A stretch of 64,000 nt of DNA from Eledone cirrhosa (taxonomy: Eukaryota), in contig OZ024742.1 of assembly GCA_964016885.1 (NCBI GenBank), forward strand, positions 199,516,001-199,580,000, in the 5' to 3' direction. Numbering within the stretch: the stretch's first letter is position 1; every line of letters starts with the position of its first letter. The position numbers were made by a program, and so were the translations under genes. Shown here in pieces: positions 1 to 14,709 of this stretch. The notes under the pieces are model-generated. The model saw only the letters and a list, made by a program, of their open reading frames with translations, was not told where the DNA came from and ran no database searches.

Positions 1-846
1 TCAAAAGTGTGGGACTAGAGTTGTTGCTAAAAAATATTGTAATCATTATATATCGTACATTCTGTGGCATCCTTTATAAAAATAGCTTAAACCAACGAAG
101 CCTTTATTTTTACGCTATTTCACTTAGTTAATTCTTAGAGTGTAACATATAAAAATAAATACATCTATGTTTAATGTAATAACAGCTATAAATAATTACG
201 TAATATTATTATCATATACTCATAGTAACAAAATAATTGTGTTGAAACTTAATATGATGCTTATATGAACGATCAAATCTATAATGATAATTTCTTAAAT
301 ATACTAATAGTAAAATAATTTAGTTATCTATTGTTACATTTTCATAGAACTATAATATTAACAATCGTATTGCATTATCAAATTTTTATCACTACAAACT
401 TTCATATTGGAATTACCTTAAGCCACTTATTATTACTTCGCTTTCGTACTTTTACAGCTGTAGATATTGCGCTGTATCTTATATCTAATATCAATATCTC
501 GTGGTAATTTGCATGAAGTGTAAAATAGGTTTATTAATAACTTTAATATGAAATGTATTATACAGGGCTGCGGAGTCGGCCAAAAATTGACTGGCTCCAA
601 CTCAGGATCCGATACTCCATTATTTCCTAAATTTCAGCTCCGCAGCTCTGTTATTATATTAATTAATTTATTTTATAGTTGTAAATCATATTTTTATATG
701 TTACACTCTAAGAATTAACTAAGTGAAATAGCGTAAAAATAAAGGCTTCGTTGGTTTAAGCTATTTTTTATAAAGGATGCCACAGAATGTACGATATATA
801 ATGATTACAATATTTTTTAGCAACAACTCTAGTCCCACACTTTTGA
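1..846. repeat. Inverted repeat pair (1-157 and about 689-846)
   Basis: 1-157 is the near-exact reverse complement of 689-846. Confidence 0.85.
563..650. mobile_element. hAT-like MITE
   Basis: TIRs cagggctgcggag / ctccgcagctctg. Flanking 8-mers gtattata / ttattata match at 7 of 8 positions (TSD). Confidence 0.65.
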
Positions 847-900
847 AGGTTTATTATAACATTCTGTGGCACTTTTGAGCTTGCGCATTTTTCATGTCTA

Positions 901-965
<65 letters not shown>

Positions 966-1019
966 CATATTTACATATATATGCATATACATCATATATA
1001 TATATATTTTTTTTAAACC

Positions 1020-1483
<464 letters not shown>

Positions 1484-1500
1484 GTACATATATACATCAT

Positions 1501-1549
<49 letters not shown>

Positions 1550-2237
1550 TATATTTATATATATATGTACATATATATACATATATCTACATAGTTTTAT
1601 ATATATATATATACACTTATATATATCTTTTTTCTTTATATATATATATTCATATTTATATTTATAGAGACACCCAAACACCCAATCCCGCCCCATACAC
1701 GTACACGTTCGTATTACAACGAACTACAGCCAGCTTAGCTTTACTTTAAGGGTCCAGCCGTTTGGAAAAGAGTAGTCAAGCCGAGATAAGATATTGAACG
1801 GCTGTCTTCCTGTGTCTAAGTGATATTGTCTAAACGGATAAGAGTCACCGAGTGATTGAGATGATGCTTTTAATTCGATTATTCTGAATTCCCATTAGAT
1901 ATCTCTTGATATCTCATATCTTTAGTTAAGTGATAAAATAAAATGTCAACGTGCTAAAGATTAAATACAAGAATATTAAGCCAGGTCTGGGAAATTATTA
2001 AGAATGGCAGATAGAAATATTTTATTTATCATTTTTTCTTTATATTTCATTACGTTAATATTTTTTTCGTGTTCTTTTTATTTATATATATTATTTTCTA
2101 GTTTTTACGTACGTATGCTAATAAGCACACACTCACACATGCACACACATATATATATATATACGAACACACACACATATATATATACACACATACACAT
2201 ATATATATAGACACACACACGTTTATACATATATGAG

Positions 2238-2356
<119 letters not shown>

Positions 2357-2517
2357 TGAGAGAGTGAGAGAGAGAGAGAGAGGGAGAAAAAGATGAAATC
2401 GAAAATGCAACTGGAGTCTTATTTAAAAAATATATATATATTTATTTGGTTCCTTTACAGGTTTCGCAGTTCTGCTTTTCAAAAGTAGAGTTGAGATGGA
2501 GGGTCTGTGGTTTTTCT

Positions 2518-2564
<47 letters not shown>

Positions 2565-2696
2565 ATATATGTAGGAGGTGAGTTTTATTGTAGTACAATA
2601 AAGCAATGCAGATATCGGATAAGAAGCACTCTACAATTTGTAGGACTGGAGTATACATAATATATAAGATCAAAAGATGGTTAAATGAGTTCCATA

Positions 2697-2767
2697 TATT
2701 TTATTATGCGCATTTCAAAAACAAATATCATCATGCAATAACATTTGTGTTTTCATCAGATAAAATA
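2697..2767 (-). ncRNA. Type I hammerhead ribozyme motif, family B (inverted copy)
   Basis: Reverse complement of 2904-2974. Confidence 0.75.
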
Positions 2768-2903
2768 GGAGGACATGATATGAAGGTTAAAAACACTTGT
2801 GGATAGTGCAGTTTTAAATCAACATATTCTAAAACTACTTTTCATATGTTGATTTAAAACTGCACTATCCACAAGTGTTTTTAACCTTCATATCATGTCC
2901 TCC

Positions 2904-2974
2904 TATTTTATCTGATGAAAACACAAATGTTATTGCATGATGATATTTGTTTTTGAAATGCGCATAATAAAATA
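2904..2974 (+). ncRNA. Type I hammerhead ribozyme motif, family B
   Basis: tattttat-CTGATGA-long stem II (aaacacaaat...atttgttttt)-GAAA-tgcgca-TA-ataaaata. 8-bp stem I, palindromic stem III, AUA triplet. Confidence 0.8.
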
Positions 2975-3208
2975 CATGGAACTCATTTAACCAGCTTTTG
3001 ATCTTATATATTATATATATATATATGTAGGAGGTGAGTTTTATTGTAGTACAATAAAGCAATGCAGATATCGGATAAGAAGCACTGTACAGTTTGTAGG
3101 ACTGGAGTATATATAATATATAAGAACAAAAGATGGTTAAAAGAGTTCCATGTATGTTGAAATGCGCATAATAAAATACATGGAACTCTTTTAACCATCT
3201 TTTGTTCT

Positions 3209-3271
<63 letters not shown>

Positions 3272-3320
3272 ATACGTATCTGTCTATCTATCTACCTTTC
3301 ATTCCCCCGCTCCACTCGAA

Positions 3321-3409
<89 letters not shown>

Positions 3410-3721
3410 CGGATAGAATGCTTTGCGGTATTCGTCCCGGGTCTGTGCCGTCTGAGTTCAAATCCCTTTGCCTTTCATCTTTTTGAAATCGATAAAATCC
3501 ATAAGTTCAACACTGAGGTAGTTTCTTCTATATTTCTTCCTCATTTCTTCTCTGTATTATTCTGTCCTTCTCTGGAAGAGATCGGCTATTTTCAAACCTA
3601 GAGAGGGAATGGGTTCCACCGGGTTTTAAAAAAATGTTCAAGAAACAGTGTATAACACTACGCCACTCGTACGACTCTATCTGGAGTTATGGGTTCATAC
3701 ATACATACATACATACATACA

Positions 3722-4036
3722 TGATGGCTGCGCCCTCGTTATCGAGTATAGCCATTGCACGATATACCATTATTAATAATTATAAATTAATTCTATTGTG
3801 CACTGCCTGTGCGTTAAGATATTTTTTAAAGTGAGGAAAGACTGTGCACTGAGCCAATCCCACTCTCTGAGCGACAGTAGAGCTCTATAACCTGAAAAGA
3901 AGAAAAGATCAACATCATCGGTAACTACTGAGCCGCAGGTTTTATGTCGGAGTTATCCCAGTTTCCTGAGTTGCCTTCTCCTAGAAGAATGCCCTGACAA
4001 AGGCTAGAGATCCTTCACTCACAGTGGTTTAACCGC
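3722..4036 (-). mobile_element. Non-autonomous bipartite RTE-derived element
   Basis: Reverse complement of 52503-53016 without its nested SINE. The 3' tail tactcgataacgag..gcagccatca(tgta)n resembles the RTE 3' end. Confidence 0.6.
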
Positions 4037-4282
4037 GCGGTACATGTGTGTATACATATTTACACACTTTCGGATGGCCGTTGACTTTTATGAGTTCTTC
4101 CGCCCTTTGTCAGGTTTTGTTTTTTGTCCAGCAGGGTGTTCAAAATCACCCTCCTCACCAAGTAAACTTGGTGGGGTTGCCGGTTTAGTCGCCGACGACC
4201 CGACATGCGACAAGTTGTACTGGGTTACATGTTACCAGTAGCACTCAAGAGTGACCCGACATACATACATACATACGTACGT

Positions 4283-5015
4283 GGTGGCTGCCAACTCGTT
4301 TCGAGTACGGCACTACTTTATATCCATGCAGGAGAACCCCTACCGATGCGCTGAACGAGTGTGACTTTTTAGTCCAGCCAGCGACTTGAAAACTCTGGTA
4401 CAAACACTACACTTGTGACAATTATTGACACATACTGCTGGGCCCATGGTACCATGTGACCCAAGGTGTTGTGTGAGATCACTACTCGACCTGCATACCC
4501 TTCCACACACATTACATGTCGTCTGATGAACACTTATAGCTCCACAGGTGCCTGCTTCCCTGTTCTTGTGCACTCTCAGGTGACTCTTTAGACCTGCCAT
4601 GCTCAGAAAAACCCTATTACAGGTCCCACATGTCAGGCCGTCTGTCAGTGCCTTCGGGAAGGCCAACCTGGATTCCTTTCCGGACATCTCTTTTTAGTGT
4701 CGGGTGCCTTCTTGTTTCCACAAATAGACTCTTGCCACTAGCCACTGCTTTCCGCCAATGCGTTCGGTCGCTAGAGCATGCTTCCCAGTGCTCACAAGGG
4801 ATGTTACTTTTCTTGAGCGCCCCCTTAATGCAGTCCTTAAAACCTCTGGACAGAAGTGGCTGTGATAGTGTCGAGTCCTTGATTTTGAAACATCAGCTGC
4901 GCTGGACAGGCCATCTTGTAAGGATGAATGACAAGCGAATGCCGAAGGCAGCTGCTTTATGGCGAGCTCCAAATGGGAAAAAGGAACGCGAGCAAACCCA
5001 AGATGCGTTTTAAGG
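4283..5015 (-). mobile_element. 5'-truncated RTE-clade LINE with inverted 5' segment and C-terminal C2H2 zinc fingers
   Basis: Plus 4846-5015 reads QLRWTGHLVRMNDKRMPK..LLYGEL..GKR..KP..RF (RTE/BovB-type C-terminus). Minus 4845-4340 continues RFKD..W...DR..WR, then three CxxC..HxxxH fingers. TSD acatacgtacgt at 4271-4282 and 5016-5027. Confidence 0.8.
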
Positions 5016-5084
5016 ACATACGTACGTACATACATACATACGTATGTACATACATACATACATACATACATATACACATACATA

Positions 5085-5400
5085 CCATTTTGTTGATTTG
5101 AGAACTGATGAGGGTAAAGATGTGTGTGTGTGAACTTGTCTTGTACATAACCTTTCTTTATTTCCTTCTTCCAGTCACGTCTATGCGCTAACACACTTTT
5201 CCTTGTCCTCCTCCACTCTCAATCTTTTCTAAATTTCATCTGCCTGTCACCCATCTCATCATTTGTCTCTCTGCCAACCATCTCATCATTTGTCTCTCTG
5301 CCACTAGTCTCTCTGTCTGGTGAGGCATTTTTGCCCATCGCTATCATTTGGCAGTTTTAGCGACTGTTCTAGCGATGAGTTTTCTCATGTTTCTATTAAT
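5085..5400 (+). repeat. Dispersed repeat, homologous to about 14335-14630
   Basis: Shares ctgatgagggt.aagatgtgt.tgtgtg.aactt.tcttgt...tctagcgatgagttttctcat. Confidence 0.6.
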
Positions 5401-5401
5401 A

Positions 5402-5440
<39 letters not shown>

Positions 5441-5694
5441 TTATATATATATATATATATAACCGCCAGAGATTCGATTTTACTGATTTCCAATTATATA
5501 TATATATTACTCTTTTACCTGTTCCAGCCATCCGGCTGAGGCCATGCTGGGGCACCGCCCTTACATATATATATATATATAAAAGAAAATTTCGCTCTAC
5601 ATGGCTGAATACAATAAATGGGTATACAATTGAGGCTTGTTTGCATAATTGTAAACGAATCTCGAATGTTATTATTAATATTCGAAAAACTAAG

Positions 5695-5815
<121 letters not shown>

Positions 5816-5825
5816 CAAAAATAAT

Positions 5826-6011
5826 AATTGTTTCTACTTTAGGCACAAGGCCAGCAATTAACCAGTACATTACTGGTACTTTATTTTATCGACCCCGTAA
5901 GGATGAAAGGCAAAGTTAACCTCGGCGGGATTTGAACTCAGACTGTAAAGGGACGTAACTATGCTAGAAAGCATGGTGTCCAACCCTCTACCGATACTGC
6001 CAATTCACCGA
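5826..6011 (-). mobile_element. tRNA-derived SINE
   Basis: Minus strand has box A tggcagtatcgg and box B gagttcaaatc, then tttgcctttcatcc..ggggtcgataaaataaagtaccagt. Many copies in the window. Confidence 0.8.
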
Positions 6012-6547
6012 AAAATAATAATGCTGATGTTACATAAATCGTTTAATCATTATAATTATTTCCACGGTTCTCCATGCAGTCGAGAACACCTTCATGCATT
6101 TGTTGTTGTTATGAGAACGGTATCCTCATATCATATATATATATATATATATATGATAATAATGGAGCTGCGGCGTTGCAAATGGGTTACATATAAAAAA
6201 GTGAGTCCTTCATCAGTGACCCTCCAACCGTCCTAGGCATTTCATCGCTTTAAGGGCCATATACCTCAGGTTGGTGCGAACAACGGCTAAAAAAAGTCGT
6301 TGGGACACGTAAATAAAGAGAACGTTAGGGTGAACAAACAAAATGGTTTAAGCAACAGAAAGTGAGAAGAAAGAAACAAGTCCCAGATTTCTATGAATAT
6401 AAACTCGATAAAATCGTGAACTAGAGAATAAAGACCATCAGACCTGGTTGAAATGTGAGCAAGGAAGGAATTTCGCACAGGTCTAACGGGAGGAAGAAGA
6501 AGGGGTCTGGTCTGCGAATTCGGTAAACATAAGTTCTGTGAAGACGC

Positions 6548-6585
<38 letters not shown>

Positions 6586-6832
6586 AAATTTTCATACCGG
6601 CTTGGCCAAGAGTGCGCGAGAAAAGAAATCGGACAGGTCAAGCGGGAAGAAAGAGGAGTGGAGGAGAGGTAGTGACAGGGTATGAGTGAGTGAAAGTTGA
6701 GGAAGAGGCTAACAGAGAGAGAGAGACTGCTAGAAAGGGTAAAGATACAAAGAACGAAACAGACGGGTGGCAGCAGAGGAAAAAATATATGTGTAAATAT
6801 GATAATAATGGAGCTGCGGCGTTGCAAATGGG

Positions 6833-7188
<356 letters not shown>

Positions 7189-7236
7189 ATGAAATGACAG
7201 GAGGCTGGATTTGTGTAAATCCTTGAAAGGTTTATT

Positions 7237-7294
7237 ATACTATGATCATTTCAATGACCGGGTTCCGTATGAATCCGTTGATATCATCAGGTAT
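7237..7294 (-). ncRNA. Type I hammerhead ribozyme motif, family C, in the loop of an inverted repeat
   Basis: atac-CTGATGA-t...cggattc atacg gaacccg...t-GAAA-tgatca-TA-gtat-aataaa. Flanked by inverted arms 7183-7232 / 7300-7352. Confidence 0.68.
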
Positions 7295-7544
7295 TCGAAA
7301 TATAACCTTTCAAGGATTTACACAAATCCAGCCTCCTGTCATTTCATTATAATATTTAACTCCGTAATAGCACCACCAACTACAAAAACAAAGACGGTTG
7401 AACTGCTTTACGTTGAGTACTCTCTATATTATTGCATTACGATTGACCATACGGAATAGACCAGCTCTATACAGTGGTGAACCTCAAACCTGAATAAATA
7501 TATATATATATATATATATACATATATATACATATATATATATA

Positions 7545-8472
7545 TTTCTCTCTCTCTCTCTGTTTCTCTTACTTTCTTTCGCCCCCTCTGTCATGTCAGT
7601 TAACACTTTCTCTCTACTGACCTCTTCCTCACACTTCCACTCACTCACTCACTGTTTCTCCCCTTCTCACTTCACCCCGTTCGCGACGAAAACAATTTCC
7701 TTCTTTCTTACATTTGGATTCATCTCGAAAGGTCTATTTTCTACGCGCTCATATATTCACCCAGCTTATGCTGACAGAATAACTATGTAGCCTGTGCCCT
7801 TCCTATCTACGGTTAGCTTTCCTCTTTGTTGTTTACTTGTCTCACTCGCTTTACGCGTTTTAATTGTCCTAATAACTTAATTTAGTTATTATTGCACCAA
7901 CGTGAGGTATATGATTTTTAATGCAATGAAATATCTATGATCGTTGGCAAATCACTGATGAGGGACTCATTTTATAACATGTTATCCATGTGCAACCTGC
8001 AGTATTCTTCTCCCCATTTTTTCACATATATTTACCTAAACTGCGATTCTGTTTTTCTCTCTCTCTCTCTTACTGCTCCCTCGTTCTCTCTGTTTCTCTT
8101 ACTTTCTTTCGCCCTCTCTGTCATATCAGTTAATACTTTCTCTCTACTGACCTCTTCCTCACACTTCCACTCACTCACTCACTGTTTCTCCCCTTCTCAC
8201 TTCACCCCGTTCGCGACTAAAACAATTTCCTTCTTTCTTACATTTGGATTCATCTCGAAAGGTCTATTTTCTACGCGCTCATATATTCACCCAGCTTATG
8301 CTGACAGAATAACTATGTAGCTTGTGCCCTTCCTATCTACGGTTAGCTTTCCTCTTTGTTGTTTACTTGTCTCACTCGCTTTACGCGTTTTAATTGTCCT
8401 AATAACTTCATTTATTGCACCAACGTGAGGTATATGATTTTTAATGCAATGAAATATCTATGATCGTTGGCA
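7545..8472 (+). repeat. About 390-bp tandem direct duplication of a dispersed repeat
   Basis: About 7555-7950 is nearly identical to about 8085-8472. Related minus-strand copies lie at 13620-13860 and about 6235-6770. Confidence 0.85.
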
Positions 8473-8985
8473 AGGGAGATAAAGCTGACAGAGCTCTGTT
8501 TCGTACTTTTTGGTACTTATCAAAGCTAAGTACTCCACCTGTTTGCTGAAAATTTAAAGTAAGTGAGACTGTCACTACTCTAAAACAATAGCGTAAGGTC
8601 TTCGAAATGCTTTTAATACAGTGTATTGCAAAATACACTATATATACATTCATATATATATATCGTTATTTCAGAGCACCAATTCTAATTTTCAATTTCT
8701 GCTTGACCGGCAACCGCTCTGTATAATCAGTTCCTGATTATTACTAGAATTCCATAAGAATCAAACATTCATGATTTTCAGCAAACAGGTGGAGTACTTA
8801 GCTTTGATAAGTACCAAAAAGTACGAAACAGAGCTCTGTCAGCTTTATCTCCCCTTGTTTGTTGAACATTTAAAGTAAGTGAGACTGTCACTACTCTAAA
8901 ACAATAGCGTAAGGTCTTTGAAATGCTTTTAATTAAGCATACAATGTATTGCAAAATACACTATATATACATTCATATATATATA
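8472..8985. repeat. Rearranged dispersed repeat, related to 25390-25825
   Basis: Inverted arms 8472-8555 / 8775-8852 and direct copies about 8550-8660 / 8865-8980. Shares gctatttcagagca..aat.ctaat...gaccggcaa.cgctctgt.taatcag with 25545-25640. Confidence 0.65.
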
Positions 8986-10075
8986 AAAACAAATAACGAA
9001 ACGAAATTAAATTTCGTTTCGTTTGTAACTCACTTTTGTATGACTGACGTTTAAACAATTAAGTTAAAAATGTACATCTACATATGCATACTGAAATACT
9101 AGTATGCATATGAATACACACACGTATACATATGTATATATATATTCATTTATATATTTATATATTTATACATATAAACATTTATATATGTATGCCAATT
9201 AAACATATATATACCTACATATATATATATACATATATAGACGTAATAGTCACTTATATATTATGAATTATTGTTGGCTTCTTGCTCACATTAATTTATC
9301 TATTTTCATTTATATTTATACTCGGAATTTTTTCTAGAGTGCTTAAAATTATTTGTGACTAATCCCGTTTTTTTTTTTTAAAACCGCGATAATATTGCTT
9401 TATGCTGACCTCCATACCTATTGTTGAGTTTTTTTCGAAATGTTTTGACTACTGTTTCTTGTAAACAGTCATTCATCTCATTCTGACGTCACTAGCCCTG
9501 TTCTCCATGTGTGTTTATTATCTTAATTCCACATGAGGTGTAACTAGCCAGCTTTTAAATTCCCTTTCTGGCATATTTTAGCAGTGGTTGTGGTTATCGT
9601 GTTTGAGCTATACTGATGAACGACTCCAACTGTGACTAACCCCACTGAAAAGTTTCGTGAAATAGTCTTTTTAAGACTATATCGAGCATTTGTAGATTTT
9701 TTAAAATTGAAGGATAAGTATTTACCCTAAATTTTATTCTGAGTTAAGACTCTATTGGTGTTTCCCTGGATTACACAAAATCTGTGGATAAAATTTCTGT
9801 CTTGACTTTTTTTGAATTGAGATTGAATTATTTTCCCATATCTTACGTTAAATATTTTCCATTTTGACGTTATAGTCACTTATATATTATGAAATACTGT
9901 TGGCTTCTTGCTCACATTAATTTCTCTATTTTCATTTATATATATATATATATATATAGATATATATATATATAAATGAAAAGTATAGAAATTATTGTAG
10001 CAAGAAGCCAACAGTATTCCATAATATATGTGAATATTCGTGATCTTCACGTTCAGCGTTTGCTATTCAACTAAA

Positions 10076-10131
<56 letters not shown>

Positions 10132-10143
10132 TTAATATAGATG

Positions 10144-10194
10144 AGATTCTACAGGACTAGAACTGTTTCATTCATTAGAAATCATCAGGAATCT
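10144..10194 (-). ncRNA. Type I hammerhead ribozyme motif, family A (left palindrome arm)
   Basis: Reverse complement of 12534-12584. Confidence 0.75.
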
Positions 10195-10791
10195 GGGTAT
10201 CAAAAAATAAAAATGGTATTTATAGGTCTCTACAAGTGGTAGGAGAGGGTGGGGAGTGGGATGGGTGTAGGTCATTGGTTGATAGAAAAGGGAATTCATT
10301 AAAAGCTAATTCTACAAAGCTATAGTTTATTTTTATTTTTATTTTTATTTATTTATGTTTTTAGAGTAACAAGGGCAGACAGAATTCTATAAACAGGTTC
10401 CGGATGGCATACCATTCCTTGTCATTAAGTTTCTCTTAAGCTAACAGATGTCTATAAGATCAGTGGGGGGTCAGTCATGGTCGATAGAATTAAAGAAAAG
10501 GGAGATTTTTTAAAAGCTAAAATCATTAAGGTTCTACCAAGTGACAAAGGTTTAGAGGATTCTGTAGACAGATTCAAAATACTGAGTGCATATCTTACAA
10601 TTATCTTCGAACTTCTCTTAAACTAATCAACTATATGCCAAAAATCAACAGACACATTCACAAAAAAACATACTCACTCACACACTCACGCGCAACCATA
10701 AACACACATACACATACACATATACACAAATAAAAAAACACACACATATATATAAATATATTTATATACATACATATACATACACACATAC

Positions 10792-10826
<35 letters not shown>

Positions 10827-10995
10827 CACACATATATACATACACACACACATACATATATATACACACACACACACATATATACACATATAAATACACT
10901 CACACACATACATACAAACACAAATATACATGTATATACATATACACACAAATACACATAGATATACATACATATATATACAGACATATACACAT

Positions 10996-11062
<67 letters not shown>

Positions 11063-11160
11063 CATACATATATATACATATATATATACATATACATACA
11101 TATATATATACACATATATATAAAACACATACACACACATATATACATATACACACACAA

Positions 11161-11218
<58 letters not shown>

Positions 11219-11387
11219 TGAAATTTCCGTTGGAAACAGAAAAGGTCATGGAAATGAAGAGTGCTCTATTCGGGAGGCCTCTGGTGGTGAGGTAATTGTA
11301 TTGATTTTATACATTAAATTTTGCTCTGATACTTACATAGAGCACTCTTCATTTCCATGACCTTTTCTGTTTCCAACGGAAATTTCA

Positions 11388-11465
<78 letters not shown>

Positions 11466-11587
11466 TTGTGTGTATGTGTGTGTATATGTATATATGTGTG
11501 TGTATGTGTTTTATATATATGTGTATATATATATGTATGTATATGTATATATATATGTATATATATGTATGTATATATATATATATG

Positions 11588-11654
<67 letters not shown>

Positions 11655-11819
11655 ATGTGTATATGTCTGTATATATATGTATGTATATCTATGTGTATTT
11701 GTGTGTATATGTATATACATGTATATTTGTGTTTGTATGTATGTGTGAGTGTATTTATATGTGTATATATGTGTGTGTGTGTGTGTGTATATATATGTAT
11801 GTGTGTGTGTATGTATATA

Positions 11820-11902
<83 letters not shown>

Positions 11903-12533
11903 GTATGTGTGTATGTATATGTATGTATTTATATATATGTGTGTGTGTTTTTATGTATGTATATGTATATATTTATATATATGTGTGTGTGTTTTCATGT
12001 GTGTATATGTGTATGTGTATGTGTGTTTATGGTTGCGCGTGAGTGTGTGAGTGAGTATGTTTTTTTGTGAATGTGTCTGTTGATTTTTGGCATATAGTTG
12101 ATTAGTTTAAGAGAAGTTCGAAGATAGTTGTAAGATATGCACTCAGTATTTTGAATCTGTCTACAGAATCCTCTAAACCTTTGTCACTTGGTAGAACCTT
12201 AATGATTTTAGCTTTTAAAAAATCTCCCTTTTCTTTAATTCTATCGACCATGACTGACCCCCCACTGATCTTATAGACATCTGTTAGCTTAAGAGAAACT
12301 TAATGACAAGGAATGGTATGCCATCCGGAACCTGTTTATAGAATTCTGTCTGCCCTTGTTACTCTAAAAACATAAATAAATAAAAATAAAAATAAAAATA
12401 AACTATAGCTTTGTAGAATTAGCTTTTAATGAATTCCCTTTTCTATCAACCAATGACCTACACCCATCCCACTCCCCACCCTCTCCTACCACTTGTAGAG
12501 ACCTATAAATACCATTTTTATTTTTTGATACCC

Positions 12534-12584
12534 AGATTCCTGATGATTTCTAATGAATGAAACAGTTCTAGTCCTGTAGAATCT
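12534..12584 (+). ncRNA. Type I hammerhead ribozyme motif, family A
   Basis: agattc-CTGATGA-tttc taat gaat-GAAA-cag ttctagtc ctg-TA-gaatct. Stem I has a compensatory change relative to the 1248 copy (agcttc/gaagct). Confidence 0.8.
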
Positions 12585-12666
12585 CATCTATATTAAAACT
12601 TTTATACTCTGCTATGTATTGAGTACCTTACTTACTGTGGTTACCTCCGATTCAACCCGGAATAAC

Positions 12667-12761
<95 letters not shown>

Positions 12762-13032
12762 GTTTAGTTGAATAGCAAACGCTGAACTTCACGAATTTAA
12801 TTAAAATCTCTACAAAGTCCAACAAAGTTTGCAGTTGAAAAGATAAAATTGAAATTACTAAGAGACCTACATATTCAAAACCTATTGTGTATATATTTGT
12901 GAGTGCTTGTGTATATATGTGTATATATCCCTATTTTCCTATATTTATCGTATTAATATACAAACGTGTGTAAGCATTCATATATATATATACATATTTA
13001 TGTATACGTATATATATATTTATTTATACGTA

Positions 13033-13084
<52 letters not shown>

Positions 13085-13310
13085 TATAGACGTAGATATG
13101 TATGAATATATATATATTCACGCATGTGTATTATATATTAGTTATATGTAGTTATAGTTATATAGATGTTTGTGTGTGTGTTTGTCTGTGTGGTCATGTA
13201 CGTACATACGTAAATTCAGTCTATATAAGCATTTTGTACGAGTGTACTAGTGTAAAGGAAGCTTTTGTAGTTGAAACCGAATTAGATAATGTAGCTTATA
13301 TATAAATAAA

Positions 13311-13385
<75 letters not shown>

Positions 13386-13858
13386 GTACATACATATATG
13401 TATACAGACGTACAGTAGTATGTATATATATATATACATACATGCACACATATATATATGTACGTATGGATTCACCGAACATTTATTATAATGCTCGGTG
13501 TGTTTGTAAACAAACATCCCGTATTAAGCCGTAGTGTTTAGCAACCATCGTTGCTCGTTTGTTCAACACCGACAAAGGAACGCTGTACTAGTTTCAAGCT
13601 TATTATCTATCATCAGTAACGTGTATCTTCCTGCCAGATTGAATATATGAGCGAGTAAGAAATAGACCTTTCGCGATGAATCCGATGCAAGAAAGAAGGA
13701 AAATCGTTTTCGCAGCGAACGGGGGGAAGTGAGAAGGGGAGAAACAGTGAGTGAGTGAGTGGAAGTGCGAGGAAGAGGTCAGTAGAGAGAAAGTGTTAAC
13801 TGACATGACAGAGGAGACGAAAGAAAGTAAGAGAAACAGAGAGAACGAGGGAGCAGTA

Positions 13859-13893
<35 letters not shown>

Positions 13894-14628
13894 GGAGAGA
13901 GTGAGAGAGAGGGAGAGAGAGAGAGAGAGGGAGGTACTCACACTAGGGAGAACACCAATCATGGGAGTACTCTATGCATGGGGAGACGTAGAGTGGGTAT
14001 AGGGATATCTATCTATCTTATATATACATTGGCTGTTTTGGCGGCTTTCCTACCGATGTATTCAAACGTACCCTCGGTTCGTCTCGGTCAGAGACAACAT
14101 TGTTTTTCATTTAACCTTATCATAGCTATAATTAGCTTTCTATTTAAAGCAGACACCACAGCTTGAGGTCCACTATCCCATTATTTTCCGTTCTTTGTTT
14201 TCTTTCGTCCTTTTATCTGTGTTTTTTTTGGTTTATCCCACACACATCACACCAGCAGAAAGATTTGTGTTACTGTTGCGCGGTCCAGTATTTTGAAATG
14301 GTACTCTCAATTAAATCGTGCGAAACCATTTTACTGGTTTGAGAGCTGATGAGGGTGAAGATGTGTATGTGTGTAAACTTATCTTGTGCATCGCTTTTCT
14401 TTGTTTCCTTTTTCCAGTCACTTTATGCGACAACACGCTCCCCCTTGTTCTCCTCCTCTTTCAGTCATTTCTATATTTCATCTACCCGTCGCCCACCTTG
14501 TGGATTGTCTCGTTCTTGACCACTGGCCCCTGGTCTCTGTCCTCTGAGGCATTTTTTCCCATTGCTGTCTCTGACAACATTTGGCTGTTTTGGCGGGTGT
14601 TCTAGCGATGAGTTTTCTCATTTCTACT

Positions 14629-14709
<81 letters not shown>

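Larger units (their letters stand above)
2560..3215. mobile_element. Inverted and tandem duplicated pLTR-like block, family B, inserted in (TA)n
   Basis: About 2650-2827 is inverted at 2844-3010, and 2565-2690 is directly repeated at about 3023-3150. Confidence 0.65.
10051..12788. repeat. About 2.7-kb inverted duplication (palindrome) with a 67-bp spacer
   Basis: 10128-11269 is the reverse complement of 11337-12600, and outer 10051-10077 matches 12760-12788. Only the microsatellite tracts and rare SNPs differ. Confidence 0.9.

Noticed and set aside
4340-4687. Host C2H2 zinc-finger gene
   Set aside because: It is the C-terminus of an RTE ORF2, inside a TSD-bounded insertion and repeated elsewhere as 3' fragments.
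9400-9850. Possible GIY-YIG endonuclease remnant
   Set aside because: Too degenerate to support by eye. It needs a translated HMM search.
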